Of a stretch of DNA of 55,844 nt, positions 38,010-50,887 are shown one piece after another. The DNA comes from Chiloscyllium plagiosum. Its lineage: Eukaryota. The stretch is from positions 14,481,142 to 14,536,985 of the forward strand of contig NC_057749.1 of NCBI RefSeq assembly GCF_004010195.1. The letters are read 5' to 3'. The notes beneath the pieces are model-generated. The model was not told the origin of the DNA and did no database searches. It saw only the letters and a list, made by a program, of their open reading frames with translations. Position numbers and translations under genes: made by a program. Numbering within the stretch: position 1 is the first letter of the stretch; each line of letters begins with the position of its first letter.

Positions 38010-40359
38010 TTATATTAGAACAGACCAGCATGCTTTCAATAGCATGCCATGCCTGAAGTGATCCTAGGATAAGATGGCGTCTGTTCACAGTGATGACATC
38101 AGGAACATGTCTCTTTAAGGTGTGCCGACATACCATGTCTCTTAATGTCATGATGACATACCAAGAGACACAACACAATAGGCAGAATGAGGTGCAAGAG
38201 CTGAATTGAAAAAATTAATGTTGATGTTTGTAAATGTGAAGAAAAATGGAGAAACCGTGCTGGGGAGTGCTTGGTTCATTGGATAGGAGTGGGATAGAAG
38301 CATGTTTGTTGGGGTGGGGGGAGGGGAGGGTTCAGAGATGTTGGGATTCTTTCTCTCAGGTGGAAAGGAGGGATGACCCCAAAAGGCCAGAGTCAAAAGG
38401 GCTGAAAGGTGTGCTGAACGATTCAAGACTGATGGAAATTGCAGAGAGATGCAGTGAGAGGAGATTGCTGAGGGATTAGAGAATAAGAAATTTAAGTAGT
38501 AACGTTGAGAACAGGAGAAAATATAGGTCATTCCTTTGGTGCTTGGCCTCTTTTTGATTAGTTCCTTTTTGGCTTTCCTTTCTCGCAACATTGCTATTTC
38601 TCTGTAATGGAAAGGAACAGACTTGCAGCTGACAAACACATGGAATATTCAGATTGGGAAGTAGACAACCTTCCAAAGGAAAAGAGCTTTGGTGGTTTGG
38701 AGGGGGGAGGGAGCAGCATAGTAGAAAGAGTTGCCAGTCAGTTACCCTCATTTCTACGCACCTTTCCCGTTACCATAGTCAAAAGTTACTTTGAAAGCAA
38801 GTTTAAGAGAGAATTATGATTTCAAATTAATCTGTTGGACTGGTGTCATGTGATTTTTGATTTAAGAAAGAATAAGACAAACATCGGGCAGGAAGGAGAG
38901 TTGAGGATACAGTATAGTGTCTGAATTTTAAGTGTCTACATTTTCCTGTGCAAGTTTAGTGTTCATTCATGATCCTAGAACTAGCTAAATCAGAACCTGT
39001 CCTCACTCAGCACACTGCCCAGCCACCTTCATAATCTCCTCCCCCAAATTCCTGTTTCCTCATCCTATTGAACCTCAATCCTTCAGCCTATTCCTGTCTT
39101 CATCGTACTCTATTTAATGCCTTTTGATTTTGTTCACGTTCCCTTATATGTTTTCTGGGACTCCATTATAAATAGTTTATCATAATAAGTCTAGGCAATG
39201 CATGAGGTAAAAATTACAGATGGGTTGTGTATGTAATTTTAACATTCCTGGGCTTTGGCCAAGGGTCTGTATTAGTTGAAAATGTTTGCTTAATAGACAA
39301 ACAATATAAAATGTCCCAGAAGAATCTCTTTTTGCAGAAGATAGAATCTGGCTTTCAAGCGATGAGCAATCCATATGAAAGTGATCCATACAAAGATCAG
39401 CAGTCTGGAGTATAAAACCCTAAAGTTGGGATAAATTCCACAAAATGAATTATCAAACCTAACTTTAAAAGCAACAACATCTAAAGGCTGTGTTTAGAAT
39501 ATCGAACAGCGAATATCGACATTTAAGCATCAGAAGGATTTCTTTTAAGTTTTTTGATCATTTTTAAAATCCTCTGATCCCATGTGAGTTCTTTCACATT
39601 TGTTATTTTTTCCTTCTCATCCTGCATTGTAGCACTGGGAGAGAACGTTATTTGAAGTCCAGAAGAGGTTTACAAGAGTGATCCCGCGGATGAAGAACTT
39701 GTCTTAGGAGGAACAATTGAGGACTCAGGGTCTATACTAGATGGAGTTCAGAAGTATGAGGTTATGTATGAACTACAGCAGCCAATTCACATGACCAATC
39801 CAAAAGATGCCAGACAGCATTCCCTCAGTATGACTCAGAATGCTTGCCTCAATTTTGCACTTAAGTCCTAGATTGGAATTTGAACCCAGGACCGTGTAAC
39901 TTTAGAAAGTTTGTTCATTGATCCACAGGTGATGGTAGGATTGTTAGCATCTACCTGAATACATGAAATGGGACTATGATTAAATGTCTCACCTGAAGAG
40001 TGAGATTGAACAATACACACTCATTCAGCTCTGGCAAGTTTCGACCTGGATGACACTATAATCTACAAATCAGGAGCAGGAGTAAGCCATTCAGCCCCTT
40101 GAGCCGACTCCACCATTCAACAAGATCACGAGTGATCTGATTATGACGTCAACTCCACATTCCCATTGACTCCCAATAACTTCCTTGATATAGTCAATAA
40201 CTCTGCCTTAAAAATGATTCTGTACCTTGGTACTAGTACCTAGATGGTGCTTGTATGGCCGCATTATACACTTTGTACTTGAGTACACATGACAATAAAA
40301 TCAAAATCAAATTAATACCACTCCCTGGGGACAAGAGTTCCAAAGACTCATGATCCATC

Positions 40360-40937
40360 AAGTACAGGAATTGGTAGGTCATGTTGTAGTTGTACTGGAC
40401 ATTGGTTAGGCCACTTTTGGAATATTTTGTGCAATTCTGGTCTCCTTCCTATTGGAAGGATGTTGTGAAACTTTAAGTTGCCGGGATTGGAGGGTTTGAG
40501 CTATGGGAGAGGCTGGATAGGCTGGGGCTGTTTTCCCTGGAGCCTTGGAGGCTGAGGGGTGACCTGAGGTTCAAAAAATCATGAGGAGCATGGATGGGGT
40601 AAATAGACAAGGTATTTTCCCTGGGGTGGGGGAGTCCAGAACTAGAGGGCATAGGTTTAGGGTGAGAGGAGAAATATATAAAAGGGACCTAAGGGGCAAC
40701 ATTTTCACGTAGATGGTGGTGTGTGTATGGAATGAGCTACCAGAGGAAGTGGTGGAGGCTGATACAATTACAACTTTTAAAAGGCATCTGGATGGGTACA
40801 TGAATAGAAATGGTTTAGAGGGATGTGGTCCAAGTGCTGACAAATTCGACTAGATTAATTTAGGATATCTGGTCAGCATGGACAAGTTGGACCGAAGGGT
40901 CTGTTTCCGTGCTGTTCATTTTATGACTCTATGACTC
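40360..40937 (+). mobile_element. HER1/CR1 LINE 3' fragment nested in an older minus-strand CR1 remnant
   Basis: acattggttaggccacttttggaatattttgtgcaattctgg (TLVRPLLEYFVQFW)...tail atgactctatgactc. Confidence 0.88.
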
Positions 40938-42069
40938 AGTAAGAAAAAAAGTTCTCCTCCTCTCTGTCTTAAATGGGCAGTCCATTATTTTTAAATTGTC
41001 TAGTTCTAGTCTTCTCCCAAAGACGAAAAATAGCATCCACCCTGTTAGGCCCGCCCAGGATCTTTTTATGTTTCGATATTCTGTAGACTTCAGTGGATGT
41101 AGGTCCAGCCTCATGAGGGTAAAGATGCAGATATAAATGTTTAGGAAAATTTGGAGTGAGAGGCCATCAATCCATTTATGATTGTGCAGCCAATCAAATC
41201 ATGATCATTTAAGTAGGATCCATCATTAGGTGTTCTATCAGATGTGTAGCATCTGCTTGTTCTCTGTGTTTAATGACTGCAGAAAGCTGATGGCCACATT
41301 TCCCTAAGAATGTTCCCTTTGTGAACAATTTCCTGAGTCCTGTGAAAATACACAGAAAACTATGCGTATTCAATTAGACCCAGAAGAGAGATTAACCGAT
41401 CAGGAAATGGGAAAGTAACATTCCACTGCAAAATAAACAATCATTGCAATCTAATTCCCAATTGCATCGCTCTGTAGATAAACCTCAGCATGCTTGGTAT
41501 CAGGTTTTTATGGTTCTGAGCTACAAGTCAGGGCAGAGAAAAATTACAATCAGTTCCCTTGGGCAGCAGCTCAGGCTTTACCCAATTAAAACAACAAAGC
41601 AGGATTTCTCCTTTTGTGAAGCAGGCCTTCACTACAAATAGCTGGGAAACTCATTATCAGCAACCAATGGGGAGACACATTTAAATATTGTGTGGTTTTC
41701 ACAGTGGAGCATCTCAAGGGGCTTTCCAATTGAAGCATTGGATGTGAGACAGGAAATGGGAGGGTATTTAAAAGAGCTAATTGAAGGGGAGACCAAAAAA
41801 GCCATTGACATTTAGAAAGCAGCCAAAGGCCTTTGGCCCATTGTAACTATGCCATATCTTGGCTAGAACATTCAATCTAAGATTAAAACCACTCTGCTGT
41901 CACTTTGCTCAGTGAGTACAGTATGTCAGAGCCTGTAAATGTTTAATGCTGACGGAGTACATTTGCACTGCTGATGTAATGTTTCACATGGACTCTGGAA
42001 GCAATTGTATCTTACAGAAGAATGACCAAACATTGAGGTGTCCCTTTTAGTCTCAGTAAGGGGAGGCAG

Positions 42070-42552
42070 GGGGTTCAGAAAAGGTTGACAAGAATGTTCC
42101 TGGGGATAAAGGGCTTGTTATAAGAGGAACAACTGGGGACTGTGGGTCTGTACTCGATGGAGTTTAGAACGATGGTGGGGGGAGGTGGGGAATCGGATTG
42201 AAACTTACAGAATACTGAGAGGCCCAGATGGAGTGGATGTGAAGAAGATGTTTCCACTAGTAGGAGAGACTAGATCTGAGGGCACAGCCTCAGAGTGAAG
42301 GGACAAGCCTTTAGAAATGAAATGTGATGGAATGTCTTCAGCTAAAAGATAGTGAATCTGTGGAGCTCGTTGTTGCAGAAAGGTGTGCAGGCCAAGTCAT
42401 TGAGTGTATTTAAGATAGTGATGGGTTCTTGATTAATAAAGGGATCAAGCATATGGGGAGAAGGTAGGAGAACGGGGTTCAGCCCTGCTTGAATGGCCAA
42501 GCAGACTCAATGGGCTGAATGGCCTAATTCTGCTCCTATATCTATGGTCTTA
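42070..42552 (+). mobile_element. CR1 LINE 3' fragment (different subfamily)
   Basis: gttcagaaaaggttgacaagaatg...gggctgaatggcctaattctgctcctatatctatggtcttatgg. Confidence 0.8.
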
Positions 42553-44525
42553 TGGCACAGAGGTACTACCCAGAGCCCCAAGCTAATATTCTGGGGACAT
42601 GGGTCCAAATCCCCTATGGCAGAGAGTGAAAATTGAATCCAGTACAATCTCGAATTAAATGTTATGTAACCATTTTCAATTGTCATTAAACAAAAAATAC
42701 ATTTGGTTCAATGATGCTGTTTAAGGAAGGAAACCTAATGTCCTTACCTGGTCTGGCCTACAAGTGACTCCAGCTCCATTGTAAGAGAGTTGACTGCCCT
42801 CTACAATGACCCAGCAAGCCAAAGATGGAACACGCAGCATTGAGCAAGGCACTGGAAAGTACAATGGCTAACACTGCCATATCAACCCTGCAAAGGCATC
42901 CTTCCCAGCACCTGGGAGTTTGTGCTAAAATTTGGAGAGTCGTTCCACAGACTAATCAAGTAATATTCTGACATTGTCTCACTCCCAGAATTGTACATCA
43001 CTATCAGCATCTCTGGATTTATCCTGTCCCACCAACAGAACAGACCCACTAGAAGTGGTGGCACCAAGGGTTGGAATGCAAGTGGGAAAGAATTCCTTTG
43101 GGAGTCCCCAACATTGACTCCAGACCCATGAGGTCTCATGGGATCAGATCAAATACGGACAAGGAAACATCCTGTGTTACAGCTTATTGCTTCCCTCAGC
43201 TGACAAATCAGTATGCCCCCATAAGGAACACCACTTGGAGAAAGCACTGTGGGAGGCAAAGGTACCAGAATGTGCTCTGAGTGGGAGACTTCAATGTCCA
43301 TCATCAAGAGTGATTCAGCAGAACCAACACTGCCTGAGCTGGCAGAGTGAGAAAGGACATCATTTGCAGCAGGGAACCAACATGAGAGAAAATCTACTCA
43401 TCTGATCTCATCCTCACCAATTGTTGTCCCAATCGTGCCATGGATGGACAGGATCCGCCCACACAGTCATTGTGAAGACAAAATTCCATCTTCATATTGC
43501 AAATTCCCTCCATTGTATTGTGTGCCATTAATACCTTGTTAAGTGGGATAGGCTTTCCACAAATCTACCAATTTAAAAATGGGCATCCATGAAGCTCTGT
43601 GGGCCAGCAGTAACAGAGTTGTATTCAACTACAATCAATATGGTGAAGCTACAACACAGGATTATTTACATGTCAAACAGCAGAGGCAAAATGCAAAAAG
43701 ACAGGGCCTAGAGATCCCACAACCAAAAGGTCACACCTAAGATCTGCAGTCCTACTGCATCTCGTCATGAGTAGTGGTGGGCAATTAAATAACTCACTGG
43801 AGGTGGATGTTCCACAAATATCCTCATCTCAGTGATGGTGGAACCCAGCACATGAGTGCAAAGCCAGAGGTGAAAGATGTACATCCATCGTCAGCAAAAG
43901 TGCTCAGTGGATAAATCATTTCTGCTTCCTCCTGAGGTCCCCAGCATCATAGGTGCCAGTCTTCAACAATTCAATTCACTCCATGTAATACCAAGAAATA
44001 GCTGAAGATGCAGAATACTGCAAAGGCGATGGGCCCGAACAATGGTTTGGCACTATTACTGAAGGTCTGTGCTCCAAAATGCATTGCAGCCCAGTCCCAA
44101 TATGGCTACAACATTGGCACAGAGTTGAAAATCACTCAGTTATGTCCTACAATAAACCACGCTAACAGACATCATCAGTTAAAGTGATGGAAGGATCTGA
44201 AATAGTGCTTTCAAACAGCGTTTGCTTTGCGATAAACTGCTCATTGACATTCAGTTTGGATTCTACCAGCACCACACGGATCATGGCCCCATTAAAGTCT
44301 TAATTCAAACATGGAAAACAGCTGAACTCCAAGACTGATATAAGAGTGCTTATTCTTGATATCAAGGCTGCATTTGACAGAATGTGGCATCAAAAAGCCC
44401 CAGAAAAACTGGAATTGTTGGGCAACAGGGAAATAGTCTCCACTGGCTGGCATGATACCTGACCCAAAGGAAGATATTTGTTGTTGTTGAGGTCAATCAC
44501 CTCAGCCCACAGGACATCAGTGGCT
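42553..44525 (+). mobile_element. Degenerate L2/Crack-like LINE with a SINE-like 5' head
   Basis: Endonuclease GDFNVHH (ggagacttcaatgtccatcat ~43283), RT motif RVLILDIKAAFDRMWHQ (~44343-44393). The 5' portion matches short elements at 47720-47930, 52095-52405 and 54735-55070. Confidence 0.75.
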
Positions 44526-45687
44526 GCCTGCTATAGTGCTACTGTTCATTGTTGTACCATTCTTACATTAATCCCACTGTCAATGTGTTTCCCACCTGCT
44601 ACAATTTAAAAGCCTTGGTCAAAACACTTACTCTCTTAGTGTCTTGCAGAAACCAGTGAAATGCCAGCATTAGTCAAAGGGTAGTCCCAAAAGTCATGTC
44701 CCTCCGCTGACATCTCTAAGGAAGACAGTATCTGTGTCCCAGGGGAAGCACAGGAAAGGCTGCCATCTTCCACAGTGAGGAAATGGACCCCTTGCTGGGT
44801 ATTTTACCTTGACCACTGTAAGGATTCTGGCCTCTGTGGAGATATTTAAGTCTTGGGCTTTTTGAAGACTTAGACTCACTGTCTCTCGTGTGCAATACAG
44901 AAATAGTATCTGCTGGTCAGCACTTCTATGATCGAGGAAGAAATGTGACTCCAGTCACTGACACTCAGAGGATGGTAGGAGACCAGGCATCTGCTCAGCT
45001 TTCATTAAGATAGGACCCCATGGTATTGATGATTAGAGACTTCACCCAACTAGAATTCTAAGACCAATGGGCTCCAGTGTACCGCAGGCTACCTCCACCC
45101 AGCTCTGGACCCCAGGACTGCACTGAGTGTAAATCTTGATTGTAAATATGTTCTCTCATTTGTAAATAAACATTCATGTCTCACCATCATCTGTCTGAGT
45201 CTGCATGTGAGATGAAAATTCAAACCCAAAGGGACTGAAGCCACTGATCCTTACCCTCAGATGATGTTCCATGGGCCAAGGTGTGAAAGCAGCAGCTTCT
45301 GCATCAGGAGAAGCCAATGACTGAATGGGTAATTCTCATGCCATTCTCCCAGAGTCGTCCTTACCATAGTTCACGCCTAAATAAGATTCTGCTCTTGACT
45401 GTATTTCTCTCTCCACAGATGCTATCTGACCTGTTTAGAGTCCCTAGCCTTTTGTGTTTTTATTTCAGATTTCCAGCATTCGCAGGGCTTTCATTTTTAG
45501 AAGAGAGACAGTGTATTGTGACCTAACTGGAAGTAATAAGCAGCAAAACACTTAAATCTTTAACCAGAGAAATAAACAAAACTCTTAAAGAAATTATGTT
45601 TCAGATCTGTAAACCATTAGATATTTGAATATGCAGGGTGATAGAATCATGAATACTAATAATGTTTTCAAGTATGTCTGGAGTCAC

Positions 45688-45910
45688 TGTAACAAGGTCA
45701 GTCAGGTGGACCTTAGAGAATATGAGTTCCCTGACTGGGGCTGTTTATCTAGTCCAATCAGGGAGCCCTGGCTGGCAGATAAAAAACAAGAGTGTCAGAG
45801 GTTCTGCTCACTCTGAGAGCTGGCTCTGAGGGAACTGCATCAGTATCAATATGTACGCATAAATAAAGGGTGACTTGGTGATGAGATTCTGGCCTCTGTG
45901 GAGATATTTA
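45688..45910 (+). mobile_element. Solo LTR-like repeat
   Basis: Begins TGTAAC, has CCAAT (ccaatcagg), a TATA-like site, then AATAAA. A second copy lies at 2847-3065 (-). Confidence 0.6.
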
Positions 45911-46329
45911 AGTCTTGGGCTTTTTGAAGACTTAGACCCACTGTCTTTCGTGTGCAATATAGAAATAGTCAAGCAATTTAGTTTAATCATCTGAAACCCT
46001 GCAAAAAGATGAAGTGTTGGAAATATAATTTAACCCTTACAATGCAGAGAAATACCTGAAGGCAATTTACATGTAGGATTGGTAAGTATACATGATGCTT
46101 CTTCAGTCTCTGAATCTAAAAAACTAAATCATTTTGACACAGCAGTGAACAATTATGGAGAAAAGACATAGGGTATTTAATTTTCTTTAAACTGATTTAT
46201 TTATTATTTCTGAAAAAATATTGGAGGCTTAAGAAAGATTTCTATGGTTGGAGACAGATGGTCATGTGATAAAACCGCAAGGAAATGTGTCCAGTCAGTG
46301 ATCTGCTGCTTAGTATCTTCAAAATGGTT

Positions 46330-46925
46330 TTCTTCATTCACGGGATGTGAGTGTCATGGCTGGGCCCAGCATTTACTACTCGTGTCTAGTTGTCCTTAAG
46401 AAGATAGTGGTGAGCTGCCTTCTTGAACCAATACAGTGCATTTGGTCTCAGTGCAGCCACCCACAATGCCCTTAGGGAGGGAATTCCAGGATTTTGACCC
46501 AGCGGCAGTGAAAGAGCAGCAATATATTTCCAAGTCAGAATGGTGAGGGGCTTGGAGTGGAACTTGAAGGTGCTGGTGTCCCATGTATCTGCTGCCCTTG
46601 TCCTTTGAGATGCAAGTGGTCTTGGGTTTGGAAGATGTTCTCTGAGGAACTTTGGTGGATTTCTGAAATACATCTCGTAGATAGTTGACACAGTGCTGCT
46701 ACTCTCCACCCTTCAGGCACTCTGCCTGTATTCCTGATGAAGAGCTTTTTGCCCGAAACGTCAATTTTACTGCTCCTCGGATGCTGCCTGAACTGCTGTG
46801 CTTTTCCAGCACCACTAATCCAGAAACAGGTTTCCAGCATCTGCAGTCATTGTTTTTATACAGTGCTGCTACTGAGCATCAGTGATTGAGGAAGTGAATG
46901 TTCATGGATGTGGTGCCAATCAAAC
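46330..46925 (-). mobile_element. L2/Crack-like LINE 3' end interrupted by a hammerhead mini-element
   Basis: ORF 46386-46709 translation is an L2-type RT C-terminus. The insert spans 46704-46859. Confidence 0.75.
46704..46859 (+). mobile_element. Hammerhead mini-element with 14-bp TSD
   Basis: CTGATGA (46734-46740)-agagctttttgccc-GAAA (46755-46758)-cgtc. TSD acagtgctgctact at 46690-46703 and 46860-46873. Confidence 0.8.
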
Positions 46926-47209
46926 AAGCAAGGGGAGGTTATCAACTGGATTTGATTACCTGAAGTCATAAGTACTACTCAATTAGTCATTGTGTTTAAT
47001 AAAGTAAAATGAGTCAAATGATTGTTTTCATACTATTTAAAAATCACTGATGGTTGATTTGGAAGGTTTCTTTCTAGAAATGACCAGCTCTAAGTTCAAC
47101 GTGCACTCAGTGACTAAGGTCTATTGAAATAAAACCTACCACTAGGCTGAGCAACTTGTTTCTGTGATCTGTCAACACCAATGTGGATTGATTTTTATTA
47201 AAAGGATTT

Positions 47210-47709
47210 NNNNNNNNNNNNNNNNNNNNNNNNNNNNNNNNNNNNNNNNNNNNNNNNNNNNNNNNNNNNNNNNNNNNNNNNNNNNNNNNNNNNNNNNNNN
47301 NNNNNNNNNNNNNNNNNNNNNNNNNNNNNNNNNNNNNNNNNNNNNNNNNNNNNNNNNNNNNNNNNNNNNNNNNNNNNNNNNNNNNNNNNNNNNNNNNNNN
47401 NNNNNNNNNNNNNNNNNNNNNNNNNNNNNNNNNNNNNNNNNNNNNNNNNNNNNNNNNNNNNNNNNNNNNNNNNNNNNNNNNNNNNNNNNNNNNNNNNNNN
47501 NNNNNNNNNNNNNNNNNNNNNNNNNNNNNNNNNNNNNNNNNNNNNNNNNNNNNNNNNNNNNNNNNNNNNNNNNNNNNNNNNNNNNNNNNNNNNNNNNNNN
47601 NNNNNNNNNNNNNNNNNNNNNNNNNNNNNNNNNNNNNNNNNNNNNNNNNNNNNNNNNNNNNNNNNNNNNNNNNNNNNNNNNNNNNNNNNNNNNNNNNNNN
47701 NNNNNNNNN
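47210..47709. other. Assembly gap (500 N)
   Basis: Run of N. Confidence 0.99.
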
Positions 47710-48224
47710 TGAGTATATTCAGTGGGCTAATAATAGACCTGAGGGCACTAGTTCAAAGCCTACCATAAGTGGTGAGATTCAAATTTAAAATTAGTCCCAT
47801 TCATGAAACTTGTCAATTTTTCACTTGTTCACAGGGAGGGGAATCCTGCCATCCTTACCTGGTCTAACTTTGCTGTAGGTCTGGAGTTGCATCTATGTGG
47901 TTGACCCTTCATTGGCCATTCAGTTCTAAGAGACACCAATCTTACAACTTCTTTGCAGGATCTGGATGTCTGCAGTGAGAAAGGAGTGGTTAGCGGAGGG
48001 AGAAAAATAACCAGAAGTTGGATGTGTGATGTGCTCCCAAATGTTCCTCTTGTTCAATAACTAGCACAAACACACTTTCAGTACCAAGACAACTATCAAC
48101 TGTTTCATGCTTTGTAGAGTCACTCAGGCTGGAGAAGGTTAGAACCTCACCCAATAACCTGAGAGAAAATACATTCAAAGCGAGTGATGACAGATGCACT
48201 GTGCAGGAGAGATAAAGTGAAGAC

Positions 48225-50097
48225 ATATTGCAGCAGAGGTTTTTAATGAAGTGTCACATTAATACAGATGCTTTTAAAAAAATATTTATCTGAACAGAAT
48301 TTTACATAAATCCAAACCAATTTTTAAACTGTACAGTCTTTAGACAAAAAAGTTAACTGAACAAACATTTTGTAAATGTTAATGGGATCAAAATTTTCTC
48401 CCAAAACATTTTAAGAGTCTGGTGTGGCGTGCTTTACAATTTAGTTAAGATTGAAGTATAATTCAATATATACACAAATCGGAATAATCTGAATGCATAT
48501 CCTAATATATAATCTTAACACTCACTGTTAACCAACAGTAAACAAACACACCTTTGCAGTCAGGTCCCACAGTACACGAGTGCTGGTTCTACCAATTTTA
48601 GTAGGTATTGAAGTTTGTAAAGGTCTGAAACCGTACAACTCAAATCTTTAAAGCTTGAACTGCTGCCAGGCTAAGACTTAAATTGTGTATTACTTTGATT
48701 ATATTGTGATTAAATACCTCAAATGCATGATGCCATAAAACTTACAGATCTTGAGTGTTTCAGTGTTGTCACAGATGGTGGAATTTTAACCATGAACAAT
48801 ACCAAATAACTACACATTCTGGCCTTCCAAGTTTTGATTTAGGATGACAGTGACACTGACAAGGCCAGATTTATTGTCCATCCCTAATTGTACAGATCAG
48901 TGGGTTGCCTTGATTGTTTGCTAAGCCATTACCACACAAAACTGGAATCAAAAGGCCAGACCCCTTAGAACAGCAGGTTCCCTTCCCATTAGCATACTGG
49001 TGAATCAATTGGGATTTTCTTTTTGCACAACCAGGCAGTGTCAGTTAATATTTGGCTGCTACCAGAATTTTGTGCTAATTATGGCTGGAATTCCCAAAAG
49101 GAATATTCAGCTGTAAACTTGTCTTAGGAACTAGGGGAAAATTATGCATATTGCACAACACAAGTACTTTGGTAGCAATGCTAAATCAACCCAGTGTCAA
49201 CACTGAAGACCTCGTGTCCAACATAAGCTGACAGTACAGAGCTAGAAGCAGCAATGTACGTTACCAGTCCACTCGTGTAACACAGTAGGATTCAGCTGCA
49301 AAAGAGGGAACGGTTATCGCTTATGATTCTGCTGTTCAACAATCATTTAACAGCATTCAATTGGAGACAACCCAGTTCAGATGTCCTGGTTAAAGTCATG
49401 CACTTGTAGAGGTGAAATGCCAGCAGTAGCGTAGAAGACAACAGCTGGAGGGAACGGTTAGTGACAGGGTGGTGAAGCAGGGTCCAACTGTCCTGCTGGG
49501 CGTTGCATGTTCTATTCAGATCCGCAGGAACCATTCAAGTGTAAAGAAAAATTTCACATTCTGCACCTGCTTGCAGACAACCAAAAATCCATTGCTGAAA
49601 TTCTGCTACTATTAGGCAAGAGTCAAATCCCTCATTCACAGCTTGGGTTGACACTGTGCTGCCTGGAAAAGAAATGCAGTCAACACCATCCAGGACAACG
49701 CCAAGAAACATCATGAATAAGGCAAAAATGTGTCTTCTGTGGTTGGACGACTAGTCTAATGTTGATCAGAAGCAGAGGATCTACTCAGCCAGTCTTCACA
49801 AGCTATAGAAAACTGGCGATTTGCAACAGTGAACTGTTCCAATTCTGGATTTTTGGAATAATTAGGAAAAGAATACACAGCCTCACAGTAACAAGGAAGA
49901 GGTATCTCCCAGAATTGGAGGGGAGAAGGGGAAGGGGACAAGATAAGCAGCTTCAATTCAAGGTTTGCAATCTCAGTCAATGAGGAATCAGAGGTCCTTT
50001 CCCACCCAGACACCTTGGGTGGTTTTCTGTGTGTTTTCTCCGCAGGATGCCTACCCGTTTCCTTTGAGCCGCGGGAGATGATGGTTCATGCACTAGA
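48225..50097 (-). other. Probable terminal exon of the THAP gene (coding SSA* at 50097-50086, then ~1.85 kb 3'UTR)
   Basis: Minus-strand polypyrimidine tract ctcactctctctctccctccccattcccccactctgatcCAG before 50097. ATTAAA on - at 48247-48242 at the end of an AT-rich stretch. Confidence 0.55.
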
Positions 50098-50151
50098 CTG
50101 GATCAGAGTGGGGGAATGGGGAGGGAGAGAGAGAGTGAGCTGACAGAGGGA

Positions 50152-50804
50152 NNNNNNNNNNNNNNNNNNNNNNNNNNNNNNNNNNNNNNNNNNNNNNNNN
50201 NNNNNNNNNNNNNNNNNNNNNNNNNNNNNNNNNNNNNNNNNNNNNNNNNNNNNNNNNNNNNNNNNNNNNNNNNNNNNNNNNNNNNNNNNNNNNNNNNNNN
50301 NNNNNNNNNNNNNNNNNNNNNNNNNNNNNNNNNNNNNNNNNNNNNNNNNNNNNNNNNNNNNNNNNNNNNNNNNNNNNNNNNNNNNNNNNNNNNNNNNNNN
50401 NNNNNNNNNNNNNNNNNNNNNNNNNNNNNNNNNNNNNNNNNNNNNNNNNNNNNNNNNNNNNNNNNNNNNNNNNNNNNNNNNNNNNNNNNNNNNNNNNNNN
50501 NNNNNNNNNNNNNNNNNNNNNNNNNNNNNNNNNNNNNNNNNNNNNNNNNNNNNNNNNNNNNNNNNNNNNNNNNNNNNNNNNNNNNNNNNNNNNNNNNNNN
50601 NNNNNNNNNNNNNNNNNNNNNNNNNNNNNNNNNNNNNNNNNNNNNNNNNNNNNNNNNNNNNNNNNNNNNNNNNNNNNNNNNNNNNNNNNNNNNNNNNNNN
50701 NNNNNNNNNNNNNNNNNNNNNNNNNNNNNNNNNNNNNNNNNNNNNNNNNNNNNNNNNNNNNNNNNNNNNNNNNNNNNNNNNNNNNNNNNNNNNNNNNNNN
50801 NNNN
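50152..50804. other. Assembly gap (653 N), inside the predicted THAP-gene intron
   Basis: Run of N. Confidence 0.99.
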
Positions 50805-50887
50805 CGTGCAGAGACCCCAGTGCGTGTCTGTCTCTCTCTCTCTGTGGGGTGTGGGGTGGGGAAAGGGAGCGCAGTTCGCGAACCTTC

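Noticed and set aside
38148..39415. Overlapping ORFs of 62-163 aa
   Set aside because: No recognisable motif, codon bias or convincing splice sites.
7240..46859. Dispersed similar short repeats as a CRISPR-like array or prokaryotic system
   Set aside because: Irregular spacing, mixed orientation and individual TSDs in vertebrate DNA; no cas-like ORFs.
47164..47712. 182-aa ORF (likewise the 269- and 319-aa ORFs at 50086-51075)
   Set aside because: The length comes from N runs.
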